A stretch of DNA of 64,000 nucleotides, from the NCBI RefSeq assembly GCF_006345805.1, contig NC_042998.1, positions 141,856,001-141,920,000 on the forward strand, given 5' to 3'. Made by a program: the position numbers and the translations under genes. This stretch comes from Octopus sinensis (Eukaryota). The notes beneath the pieces were generated by a model, which ran no database searches, was not told the origin of the DNA, and saw nothing but the letters and a program-made list of their open reading frames with translations. Positions 23,351-36,111 of this stretch are shown here, piece after piece (within the stretch, counting starts at the first letter, position 1; the number at the start of each line of letters is the position of its first letter).

Positions 23351-26271
23351 GGTAGTGATGCTAGTGTGCAAAAATGAGTGTGTGTGCGCGCGCGCGCGCG
23401 AAGAACAAGCTAAAACTCTAAACTTCGATTCATCTGCCTCTTGTTAAGAGCACCCACAGCCAGGATCAAAACTCTGCTACCCATTGATACACGCATTGTC
23501 TAGTCTGAAGAGAATGCGTCGCAATGACGGATCGGAGGAAAATGCCTCCGGTACCAACATCCTAAAATCGAACATTGACGAAACCTTTCACACAAACACT
23601 CTACGTCTTATGTGCAACCGTATTACACATATTTGAGCTGTTTCTAAGGAGCTGCAACTTACACGGAATCCTTGGTTTGTATTTCACTTAAGTACTACAC
23701 GTCTTAGACCCAGTTTTGTTCAACGCTATTTCACATGAATTCATACGTGTACTTTAGTACACACATTTAGCCTAGCTTCGCTGTGAAACTAGACTTTACC
23801 ATTAAACCACAGGACTCTTTCACTCTCTCTCTCTTTCTTTCTCTCTCTGTCGAACGAACTGAAAATCATTTTGACTAATTTCGTCTTTTATTTACAAGTT
23901 CTACTTAGTGTTTACATTCATGTCCTGTATGTTTAAACCATAGGACCATTCTCTGCTGTTTAACACATACTAGGGGCCTTGATAGATAGTACCATATCGG
24001 GCTCCGAACGGACCTGTGAGTAGTGGTGACGCAGGAGTAACTCCATAATCTTCCAAACTACGGAACTCTGGAACCGGTACCTCACGAGCAAATTCGGTTT
24101 TAATGTCTTGATTAGGATAAACGCCTTCCAATATACATTTAATATGTATAACAAAGCTACCAATTTAATGATCTAAGATATTACTTATATCAAATTCAGA
24201 ATCTTAACTGATATAAGATGATTTTATTTATTTGGATTTATACATTGAGTTGTGTTTAAGTCATCTTTTGCATATCAGGGTAGATTGGAGAATACTGTTG
24301 ATGAAGTAACTCCACACGCCACCAGATTCTTAAATTCCTGCGCTGGTGCCTCACCATCAAATTATGTTTCAACGTCTTGCCCAGAGTAAATGCTTGACAA
24401 TAACGAAGTTACCATGTGAAAGTTCTAATTAAATTAAAAGATGTTTAATATAACAATCAAAAATAAAAGATACTTAATATAACGTAAAAGATACTTAATA
24501 TAACGTAAAAGATACTTAATATAACAATCAATGTTCTACACTAGGTAAGAGACATTTTTACACAGCCATTTTAGCTGACTCAACGCTCACTTATTTGACA
24601 TCAGGTGTTTTAATGTTTCTCTTGTTCTTTCTTTCTTTCTTTCTTTCTTTCTTATTCGATTAATAAATTGCACTGTCTCTCCTGTCCTCTTTCTCACACT
24701 TTCTATTTTGCGCGCACGCATATGTATGTGTGTGTGTATGTGCGTGCACGTGTGTGTGCGCGTATACATGTGTGTGTGTGCGTGTACATGTGTGTATGTG
24801 CGCGCGCACATGGATGGGGTCCGTGTAAGATTTTTAGGGGTCCACTCAAGCAAAATAGTAAATTAAGGATCCCCAGTAGTATTTTAAAGGTCCATGGAAA
24901 ATGTTCATTTAAATGCATTTACTGCGAGAAACAGCTTGGTTTTCTTTCTCTAACGTTTTACATACACAAGTTGTGTGAAAAGCAAAATAAGTATTTTCAA
25001 AGAAATATCTATAAAACTAGCTTTTACGTATCGAATTCCTTGGGGGCCCATTGGTAAAAAAATGGCCGGGGACCACTACTCAATATTAAGTTCTCTTTAA
25101 ATCCTTCACATATGAAATATTTCTTCAACATTAATTATATCCAAAATTATTCTGTAAATTGACTTTAAATTGTTTTATAGCATCCGATTTGTGCAATAAG
25201 AATTCTTTCTATAAAGCTATTTACAACTCAGACAGACTATGACCGAATTAGATGTCTCGGTTCATTTTGTTAGTTTCTATATGTTTAAGAATTATTTTTA
25301 GTTCGGCCGTTAGTCTGTGCCAAACTCAAGAGGAAAGTAGTGGTATATTTCTGAATTCGCCGATATCCCGCTGCCTGAAACGCACTTGTGTTCTTCCCGA
25401 TACTTCAATATCTGTATGTGCGTGTTTTAATGTGTACAAACAGGTACACATGTTTTTGTGGCGTGTTAATTAGAATTAAATATTTGATATTTAAAATACA
25501 TTGTCGTAAGTATTACTGAATAGTTAAGAAATTTATCTCGCCAGACCGAGATTTCGGGTTCACTCCTAATGTGTGACATCACAGGTACTAATTGTTTTCT
25601 ATAGCATTGGATCAACTCATACATTATGAGTGAGCCTGGGGGAAAAAGTGAAACTGCATAGAAGCCAATCAAATAGATTTTACGTGCAACTCAAAAGTAC
25701 AAGCATATCACTCACTGCATCACGCTGATTCCACCTGAGAATTATGTTAAGCGTACACGTATCTGTGGAATACTCAGCCACTTACACGTTAATTTAGGGG
25801 CAGGTAATTCAGTTGATTGATCAACGGAATTTCCTACTCCATCGTCAATGATCCAGCGATCAATTTAATATATCAATATGCTCAAATAGATCATATCTTT
25901 TGTCCTTTTCATTGAGTTGAGTTGACTTACTACCTAAAATTCCGACTTGAACTGCAACAAAAGCAAAAAAAAAAAAAGAAAGAAAAGGTGGGATTGCAAA
26001 TGTCTAGCAACGAATGCCTATAAGTGGTTTATAATTGAGCATGTTCATGTATAGAAGAAAGAGAGAATGAATGAACAGGCTAACCACAGGTATTAGTGTA
26101 GGGTATGGAATTTATATTTTTAAACATAACTGCTGATTTGTTACAATACAGTTAGAAAAAAAGTACATCGTAAGAAATGAGGAAGTAAGAAGGTGAGCAG
26201 ATAGTCTTTTGCAGCTTTTCCCTGAATAGATGTGCACATGGAGAATTTCCCAGTGAACGAAGATAAGCTAT

Positions 26272-28700
26272 TGTTGTGGCGAGAGTCATTGACACCTCTA
26301 TGGGATTGGAAGAATGAACTAGCCGAACTTTTATAGAGAGTAGCGTATTGGCTGAAGTCATAGTAGTCGTTGAGAGTTCGTGGAGGTCGGAGAAAGTCGT
26401 TGAGAGTTTGTATTTATGAAAGCAATTAAATTGTTACCGAAGATTTTCAGTGAGAGAAGTTCCCTGTTCAATACTCGCTGGGAATGTTTGAATTTAGTAA
26501 AAAAGATGATGGAAATTTCGTCACGTATGCCGGAGTCGTCAATCGAGAATGCGAAAAAGTCTAACTAAAAAAATTAACCCCGGACATGTTCAAATGTCTA
26601 ATTTTTGTTCAAGGGTTAACTGCAAGCAAGGATGCAGAGATACGTACCCGGATATTGACAAAATTAGAACAGGACTAGAATTTGACTCAGCAGGCAGTGG
26701 CAGAAGAATGTCATAGAATTAATAAAATTGAAGAAAAGTATTACTCACAGATACATGCGTGTCGACTTGTAACGGATAAGGAAAAAGAAAAACGAAGATC
26801 AATACTCAATCCATAATCGGACATAAAAGATCTCATTGCAGAAAAAAAAAGGTTGAACGGAAAAAAATTCTGGAAAGGTTTTCTCAACAGAAAGTTTAGG
26901 CAAGGCTCACAAAAGAAAATTTGTGTACATAAAGATTAATAATTTGAACGTGAAGTTACAGCTAGATACAGGAAGTGATATTACAATTATTATCATTGAC
27001 ACTTAGAAAAAATTTGGAAAGCCTAAATAAATGGAAACTTTAGAAATTGTGAATAGTGTCGCAGAAAAAAAAAAAACATTTTTGGGGCGAAATGATAACT
27101 GAGGTTACATTTAAGGGTAAAACTTGAAAGTTTTGTGTTAAATAATGCAACAAACTTGTTCGGTACAGACTGGATGGAATTGCTTGATTTATGGGACCAC
27201 CCCATAAATCTGTTCTGTAAAAATATAAATGGTTTTTCCTCCAGTAAAAACAAGTCGTCAGACGAATTGAAAGAAAAAATAGAAAATATTTTTCCTGAAG
27301 TTCTGTCCGATGAAATAGGTCTGTGTATCAAGACAAAGGCGTGTTTCCAAACAAAAGAAAACGCCATACTAGTATTTAAACCAAAACGAATGGTACCCTT
27401 CACAGCGATGAAACAAGTCAATGAAGAACTAGAGAGACTAGAAAAAATAGGAGTTATCCAAAAAGTGGAATATTCTAAATGGGCTGCACCAACTGTGAAT
27501 ATTAAGAAAAATAATAATAAAATCAGAGTGTGCGCTGGCTTTTCCACTGGTTTAAACGATTGTCTTACAACATCCCACTATCCGCTACCTACTCCGGAGG
27601 ATATTTTTGCGAAATTAAACGGTGGAAAGATTTTTATTAAATTGGATCTCCCTGACGCGTACCTACAAATTACAGTAGACGATGAATTCTCGAAATACCT
27701 AACAGTGAACACACATAAAGGACTATAAATACAACAGGTTACCATTTGGTTTAAAGGTCGCACCAGCAATTTTCCAACAGATTATGGTTGCAATATTAGC
27801 TGACTGCGAATTCGCTATTCCATATCTGGATGATATACTCATTAAAAGCGAATCTAAGGATCAACACGTTGAGCAGGTAAAATATTTATTTGGAAGAAAT
27901 TAGGGTTATGGCTTTACCATTAATGAAGAAAAGTGTGAATTTTCTTACCGAAAATAAGATATTTAGGATGTCATTGACAGGAATGGACGACGACCTGACC
28001 CGTCGAAGGCAGACGCAATTAAAAATATGCCTCCTTCGACTAATATAGCGACCATACAAGCATTTTTAGGACTGCCAAATTATTACCAAAGTTATATCCT
28101 AAAGATGCATAAGGTTAGGGCTCCATTGAATAATTTACTGAAAAAGATGAAATGGAATTGGTCAGACAATTGCCAAAAGGCGTTTGACGAAATTAAAAAA
28201 AATATTGCTATCTGATTTGTCGCTAGCTCACTTCGATCCTGCAGCGGAGATTGTTGTAGCTTCAGACGCTTCTTAGTACGGTGTAGGAGCAGTAATGCTA
28301 CATAAATATAAAGATGGTAACATGAAGGCTCTACGACACCTTTGGTGTTCCAACACCACAAGAAGTCGAACCTAGGCGTAGCAGCACAAGAAAGAGGACA
28401 CAAGCAGAACGGTTGGAAGTAGTGCCTAAACGGAAGAAATATTAAACTTCCCTAGGAAGTAAATCTCAAAGGGGGAGATGTTGTGGCGAGAGTTATTGAC
28501 TGCCTCGTGGAATTGGAAGGCTGGGCTAGCAGAACTGTCATAAAGAGTAACGTATTGGTTGAAACGAGGGAAGTCGTAGGAAGTCTTTGAAATCGTTGAG
28601 AGTTTGTATTTATTGGAGTATCGTGTTTAGTGGAGTAATTTGAAGTACGTCGTATTAAGACAGTTTTGTCTATCGCTTCATGAAATCTGTATATCCAACG
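26272..28700 (+). mobile_element. Ty3/gypsy LTR retrotransposon, decayed and internally deleted
   Basis: LTRs start TGTTGTGGCGAGAG at 26272 and 28479, PPT AAAGGGGGAGA; protease QLDTGSD, RT KLDLPDAYLQI and YLDDILI, RNase H IVVASDAS; integrase missing; frameshifts and stops. Confidence 0.92.
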
Positions 28701-29010
28701 TATAGAAGGATATAAAAGCTATCCATATAGTAGCGGACTATTCCATCTTCAGAGAGGAAAAAAATGAGGTTGATTATTAATAGAGTATTTTAGGAATGAA
28801 CAGTTCCATTCTTTCTCTTCGACGATGATATAATCTTTTCTAACAACTCTATTGTAACAACTTAGCAATAACCTTTAAATATATAATTTCCCTAACCTAA
28901 ACTGATACCTGTTGTTTACCTGTACAGTCTTTCTTTCAATTGTGCATGCATGTACGTATGTATATATGTATATATTATATACATACATACATACATACAT
29001 ACACACACAT

Positions 29011-29064
<54 letters not shown>

Positions 29065-29104
29065 CATATAAACATGCATGCATACATAGATACATGCATG
29101 CACG

Positions 29105-29138
<34 letters not shown>

Positions 29139-29189
29139 TACAAACATACATGCATATATACATTCATACATACATACATACATACATAC

Positions 29190-30025
29190 GTCGTCTCTGT
29201 GGTGTTTCATGTTCTTGTCCATGTCTGTAATTATTTTTACTGTTTACCTATATAATCGGCGGCTACGTATCCACAATTGTCCTTATACGATAAGTATATT
29301 TTTTCTCTAGCATTGATACGACTCTTAATCTGTCTCTTTCTCTCTCTCTCTCTCCTCCCTTATTCCCCTTCCTTTCTTTCCCTCTCCATCCGTCTTCCCC
29401 CCCTTCTACGTTTCTCTATCTCTCTCACCTCCAGCCCCCTCGATCTGTCTCTTTCTTCTCCTCCCTCGTCCACCTTCTCTCTCTTTTCATCTGTCCCTTT
29501 CTCCTGTCTTTTGTTCTCACGTGACCGCTAGCCGCTGTTGAGCGCTCTTTTCGTTTCAGCAGTCGCAGAAGCAACACGTATTTGTTCGTCTCCCTGCGGC
29601 CATTAGGCACAACTTCACAAGCCAGCCCCATACTCAACTCGTCCTGTCGAAAGACCCTTGTCCTACGTCCTGGTTTTGTTTTGTTGTTTATTTTTTATTT
29701 TTACCGTTATTGTTTTTACGTTTTTGTATTCTTATTGGTGTCACGTATTCTGTATTTTTGTTCGTGTGTGTACTTCGTTCGTTTTCCGTCCTCGTGTTGT
29801 ATACATTCGAAGCTTTCTTCCAGGGGATCTAATGCGCTTGGCTTAGATTTCCCTTGGCGGGCTGGCCATATCGGAGCAATCTCAAGATTAATCAGCCGAA
29901 ATTGCTAAGATGATCTGGTTCTTGACTGATGACTGAGGGCTTCGAATGTCCCGTCCTGTGGTTCTTGTGTCGTCTCTGTGGTGTTTCATGTTCTTGTCCA
30001 TGTCTGTAATTATTTTTACTGTTTA

Positions 30026-30033
<8 letters not shown>
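29190..30033 (+). mobile_element. 779-bp non-coding unit with identical 65-bp terminal direct repeats (retrozyme/PLE-like)
   Basis: GTCGTCTCTGTGG...TGTTTACCTATATA at 29190-29254 and 29969-30033; between (CATA)n and (TA)n; structured RNA at 29803-29949. Confidence 0.75.
29875..29936 (+). ncRNA. Candidate non-circularly permuted hammerhead ribozyme
   Basis: AGCAA-UC-UCAAGA uuaa UCAG cc GAAA-UUGCU ... UCUUGA-CUGAUGA-CUGA. Confidence 0.55.
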
Positions 30034-30099
<66 letters not shown>

Positions 30100-30653
30100 T
30101 GTGGCCTAGTGGCACATGGCTTACTGTTCAGAGTATTGGGTTCATGAGCATAAGGTCGTAGGTTCGATTCTTGGACGGACAACTTGTGACCTTTAACCAA
30201 ATTATTTCATTTCACCGCACTGTACTCCAGTTTACCCAACTAAAACAATCTCTTCCTCAAGTTCTCCATTTGTCAAATCCTCGATCTCCTAGGAGATCAA
30301 GGGTGGCGCGCCATGGGTGTGCGACTGCATGCACACCTAAAGAGACTATAAGACACCAGATGATTCTCTCTTGCTAACAACAGCTAAGCTATGTGAAAGT
30401 ATAATGGCTCTCCAGAAACCGACCGATGAGGGAATCTGTTGCAAATGGCCCGGGTATCCTGTTTACCGGTTGTTATGCTATCGTCTATGTTATCGCTTAT
30501 GTTATGTTATTGTCTATTTTTCCGCATGTTGTGTTTTGTTCAATTCCACTTGTAATGTTCCTTTTGTCCTACCTTTGATTTATACATGTACATGCATACG
30601 CGTGCGCGCACACACACACGTGTGTAGGTCTACACACACACATATGGATAAGA

Positions 30654-30697
<44 letters not shown>

Positions 30698-31254
30698 GGA
30701 TTAGCTTTACCCGTCATTTGATACATAACTTTGGAAATATACTTTTGCCACTATGGAAAATATCAAGAAATATGGCATGCATACAATAGTTGTAATTTAA
30801 CTGCTATCAAATGTTTTGGCAGTCATACAGAATGATGAAATGAATACTAATTTTTAAAGGAAAAATATTTATTACTTTGTCTCATTTGTAAATTTGCAAT
30901 TGATGTATGCTATTATTTTTCTAAATTTTATCAGCATAATAGCAGTCTACTTTATCAAATTCCTGTCTCTGCAAAATTTCATGAAAAATTGCAGTTTTCA
31001 AAAAGTTATGACACCCACCCTACACCTCTTACATATACTCTCTTTGTATTCCTGCTTTACTGCCTCTCCCCCTCTCAGTGCGATGTAAAGCGTAACACAC
31101 CCCCAGTGCTCAACTTGTACTTAATTTATTGACCCCAAAAGGGATAAAAGACAAAATCGACCTCGGTGGCAATATGAACTCAGAACGTAAAGTCGGACGA
31201 AATACTGCCGAGCATTTTGGCGTGCTATCAATTCTGCTAGCTCACCGCCTTAGC

Positions 31255-31305
<51 letters not shown>

Positions 31306-31332
31306 TAATAATGATAATAACAACAATAATAA

Positions 31333-31700
31333 TAAACCGGACGTTGTTGTGGTGAACTAAAAAAAGAGAACTTGCATGATAATCGACAGCATACCCTGGT
31401 ATCAAGAGGAACAATAACGACGATTCGAACTGGGAAGTACGAAGGTTGTGATCAGTGAGGAGAGTAGACGTGATACCAATAGTAATTGGCGCACATGGAA
31501 GTATCAGCACTCAACTGCCAACATGGCTCAAAAAGATCGTTGCAAGTGTGAAGGTAGAACACCTACCAAAATTAGCGTTGCTTGGAACTGCAAGAATTTT
31601 TAGCAGGGTTCTTGAAGCATGACCTTAGTCTGCTGGCTATGGACAACTGATACTTTCCATCATATCCAGTAAAATAAGCTGAGAGTTTTCATCAAGTAAT
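31333..31700 (+). mobile_element. R4/Dong-like non-LTR 3' fragment (RLE C-terminus) in (TAA)n
   Basis: PDVVVV..CMIID..VDVIPIVIGAHGSI..LALLGTARIFSRVLEA*; TAA tracts on both sides. Confidence 0.8.
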
Positions 31701-33157
31701 AATAAATATAATAATAACAGTAACAATAATAGTGATAGTAATAATATTAATATCAATACTCTCCTTTTTCTCCCCTTCGGGTTGGATAAACTCAAGTACC
31801 AGTCAAGTTCTGGGGTAAATAACTGCTGGCCTTGAACCCTGCAACGGACCAGTGTTCCGTTCAAGAGGACTGTTGTGATCACGGTCACTTATACAACATA
31901 AAACCAGCCTAATGAATCCCGGTTTTCATGAAAACCAGCCTAATAAGTCCCTGTTTCTACGGTGTATAATTGACCAAGATCATAATATTTTCTCTGAATG
32001 GGATACCGGCCCCTTTCCAGCAAGCCTTGACCGTTTAATTCAGCCACATTTTTTTCTCTCTAACCTTTTCACCCCTTTCTGTAGAAGAATGTAGGCTAGA
32101 AACGTTTAACGGTTAAATACTTTTTCAATTTTTTTTCTTGAGTGTAAACCTGATGCACCCTGTTTGTTGTACGGTCATCCCATCTTTGCGTCTTTTTGTA
32201 CCTTAGTGGCGTATGGCGGCTGTAGTAATGGGTGTGCCACCAAATTTTAAGCAGGGGTATAACAAAAGTCCTTTATTAAGATTTGGGATTAAATTATTGA
32301 GTAAGGTTAATATTTATAATGAATTTGCCATTTTCGATGGGTGTGTAGAGCACACCTAGCACTCCCGGAATATACGCTGTATGGTAAGAAGCTTGCTTTC
32401 TAGCCCCATGGTTTTTTGTGCAGGTTCAGTCCCACTGCGTGGCACCTTGGGCATGGGCCTTCTACTATAACCTCGAGCCGATCAAAGTCTTGGGAGTGGA
32501 TTTGATTTGGTAGACGGAAACTGGAAGACCATCGTATATATTATATATCTATGTGTGTATCTTTCTGTCTGTGTTTGTGCCCCCATCCCACTGTTTGACA
32601 ATTCGTGTTAGTGTGTTTACGTACCCGTAACTTAGCGGTTCGTCAAAGACTCGACAGAACAAGTATCAGGCTTAACAAAAAAAAATTAAGTATTGGGATT
32701 GATTCATTCGACTAAATCAAAAATCTTCAAGGTGATGCCCCAGCATGGCCGCAGTCTAAGGACTGAAACAAGTAAAAGATAAAAGATGAAGGGTAAACAC
32801 ACACACACACACACACACATATATCTCGACAAACAGCCGTGTAACAACAAAAGAGGTAGACCTCAATATCGTTGGGAGTAGAGAACTGTATATTGATTGA
32901 ATGACACAGGTAAGGAGATAACATTCAGGACTTGAGATCCGTAACTTAGCGGTTCGGCAAAAGAGACCGATAGAATAAGTACTGGGCTTACAAAGAATAA
33001 GTCCTGGGGTCGATTTACTCGACTAAAGGCGGTGCTCCAGCATGGCCGCAGTCAAATGATTGAAACAAGTAAAGAGTAATTGTCTTTTTACGGTTGTCTT
33101 CCTAGTCTTCCATCCCTGTGTCAATGATATGATAATTGTTGTACTTCATGTGTACTG

Positions 33158-33193
<36 letters not shown>

Positions 33194-33246
33194 TGTGCGT
33201 AATAAATGAGAGAAACTGAAAACGGAATTCACGAAATTTTTTATCA

Positions 33247-33353
33247 ATTACAACAATCGTTTCGACCCATCTTGCATCAACCCCTTGCGAGCGAGGTTAC
33301 TATACAACTGGTTATGGTGTAGCCTTCGGTGCAGATGCATCTCGTCAGGTGAC
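33247..33353 (-). ncRNA. Type I hammerhead ribozyme with long stem II
   Basis: GUCAC-CUGACGA-GAUGCAUCUGCA[..]UGCAAGAUGGGUC-GAAA-CGAUUG-UU-GUAAU. Confidence 0.65.
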
Positions 33354-34255
33354 TTTTCAAAACATATTTCGTTCAATAAATTCGGTTTTGCTCGGAGAAA
33401 GAGAGAGAAGGCAGTTTTCTGCACAGTACCTGTCTATGAAATTTTACCCCGAAAGTATTGGTCAACATGTGGCTACTGGATGAAACACACATCGAAATTG
33501 CTGTGTAGTAGGTTATGATTTCTCAAATATTTACGTAATTCTCTTCTGCTATTTTTTTTTACACGCCAACCATACTACTTTTGGGAGCGATGAAAGAAAT
33601 ATATTTAACACCGGTGACTCCCAGTAGTGATTATTTTTTATGGCGCCTCACATTACTGTAGTTCAAACTACATTATTTGATTTTTATCCAATTTACAGAA
33701 TACATATTTCTTTGTATTTCTTGGAGGGTTTCTACTGGAATGAATAGAAGCTGCGATAGGACCTGATAAGAAGGGTGCAAGTCCCTGCCATCTCTATTAT
33801 TGAAGTGCTGACCTCCATAAAATAAATTATGTGAAAAAGAGGCCATTAAGACTTATATGATATAATTTAAAATATGATCTGTAGAAAAAATTTATAAATA
33901 AATGAAAATAAAAATCTATAAATGGAGGTATTATGGACATTTGACATTTTTTAAAGTGTATCACCAGTGACTCCTGTAGTACAGATTGAATGTAAAATTC
34001 GTTCTGTATTGTGGGAGTTACCAGTGACATTCATGAAGTAGTTGAAAGAATGAACAAAAAGATATATGGTTAAAAGAAGCTAAAACCGCGTAATTTATAA
34101 TGTAATTAAACTGCTGGTGCAGAAGAAAATATGGCACAAAATGGGTTTGATAGGGAAGCTGTTAAATAGAATCTTCTGATTATATCACACTTTTAACGTG
34201 AACTGCGCGTTCCAAGAAATGCCCCTGCACGACAAAAATAAGATGTTAAGAAATA

Positions 34256-35305
34256 TTGGGTTGGCAACTAAATTCCCGCCGTTTTTTAAAATTTGGGAAT
34301 TTATTGCGTTTTTAAATTTTGGAATCTATTTTTGAATCATTTTGGAATCTATTTTTTTTTCTAGTTAATTTTAGTTAATTTTTGTTTATTTTCAGATCAT
34401 TAAAATGGAATGTCAAGTTAAGAAAAACGAGCATTTTCGACCCTCCTTCTTTTTGCTTTTAATCAAGGTTCTAAGGCCGCAAAAGCTGCTCGCGACATGT
34501 GCGCTGTGTATGGAGACGGTACCATATCTGAAAGAACTGCTCGTTATTGGTATGCCAAATTCAAAATGGAAATTTTGACCTCAAAGACGCACCTCGTTCT
34601 CGCCGTCCAGTTGAGTTCGATGAAGAGCGATTAAACCAACTTTTGCACGAAAATTCTCGTCAAATGACAAGGGAACTGGCAGAGAAAATGGAATGCTCCC
34701 ACACTGCTATAGAGAAGCATATTCACTCGATGGGAAAGGTTCAGAAGTATGGAGCATGGGTTCCTCATGCTTTAAGTGACAACAACAAAAATCAGCGAGC
34801 CACAATCTCCGTTGGTTTGCTTGCTCATCACCGCTCTATTCATGGACACAAGTAATGATTTCTTTACCGAATTGTTACTGGCGACGAAAAATGGTGCCTG
34901 TACATCAATATGAAGCAGCGTAAGTAAAGGCTTAGCCCCGATAAACAAGCGACACCGCGCGTGAAGCAAGATCTTCATCCGCGTAAAACGATGTTGTGCG
35001 TTTGGTGGGACTGGGAAGGGATTATCCATTACGAATTGCTTGAACGGATCCAAACGGTCAACGCAGAACTCTATGCGCAGAGTTTTGTTCAATACTGATG
35101 CAGAATTGAGAGCCTGGTTGTATCAATTTTTCGAGTCGAAATCGGATGATTTCTACCAACGAGGTATTGAAAATCTTGTTGAACTTTGGAAAGAAGTTGT
35201 AAACAAGGGTGAACACATTATTGATTAATTAGTTGTTATTTTTTATTAAACCTTTAAAAAAATTAAAATAAAAAAAACCCCGCGGGAACTTAGTTGCCAA
35301 CCCAA
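34256..35305 (+). mobile_element. Mariner transposon, internally deleted
   Basis: TIR TTGGGTTGGCAACTAA.TTCCCGC at both ends, TA TSD; WVPHAL and IVTGDEKW motifs; frameshifts, stops, deletion near 35080. Confidence 0.95.
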
Positions 35306-35573
35306 TAATAATGATTTGACGTGAAGTTTATCTTTTCCTTGTTTCAGAGATAAAACTGTGGGCATACTGGGGCACCGTCTTGAAGGATTTTAGTCGAATA
35401 AATAGACCCCGGTACTTATGATTTTTTAAGTCCAGTGCTCTTTCCATCGGTCTGTTTTGCCGAATCTCTAAGTTACGGTAACATAAACAAGGCAACGTCG
35501 TTTGTCGGGCGATGGCACAGGATGGATCACACACACACACATGCATATACGCACACAAACACACGCACATATG

Positions 35574-35650
<77 letters not shown>

Positions 35651-35654
<4 letters not shown>

Positions 35655-35905
35655 GAAATGAAGAAAATGCTGACAAAATACTTTAAGTAAGGGAGAGTGT
35701 ATTTAATTAGGTGAAAGTTCTTTTTACCGGTTGCGCATTTGTTATGCTTATCAAAAGATATTTTTTTAAGAGAGAAAAAAATCTATCTCTCTTAAAAAAT
35801 ATCTTTTGATAAGCATAACAAATGCGCAACCGGTAAAAAGAACTTTCACCTAATTAAATACACTCTCCCTTACTTAAAGTATTTTGTCAGCATTTTCTTC
35901 ATTTC

Positions 35906-35909
<4 letters not shown>
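35651..35909. repeat. Near-perfect foldback with arms of about 125 bp between (TA)n tracts
   Basis: 35651-35775 is the reverse complement of 35786-35909 apart from one homopolymer indel. Confidence 0.95.
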
Positions 35910-35943
<34 letters not shown>

Positions 35944-35954
35944 CATATATTTAT

Positions 35955-36003
35955 TGCCTAAAGTTTCGTGGACGCATAGGTCACGTCCACCACATCGGAG
36001 ACA
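35955..36003 (-). ncRNA. Degenerate minimal hammerhead-like motif
   Basis: UGUCU-CCGAUGU-G-GUGGACG..CGUCCAC-GAAA-CUUU-AGGCA. Confidence 0.45.
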
Positions 36004-36060
36004 GGAACCTAATTTTAAGTAACGTGGAACTGAATGAAGTTATTACACGCACACACGCAT

Positions 36061-36111
<51 letters not shown>

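Noticed and set aside
23498-23822. Possible second permuted HHR (GUCUAG-UC ... GAAA-CUAGAC)
   Set aside because: Stem III strands about 280 nt apart and no CUGANGA positioned after a stem I partner
27023-27547. 174-aa hydrophobic minus-strand ORF
   Set aside because: Antisense of gypsy pol
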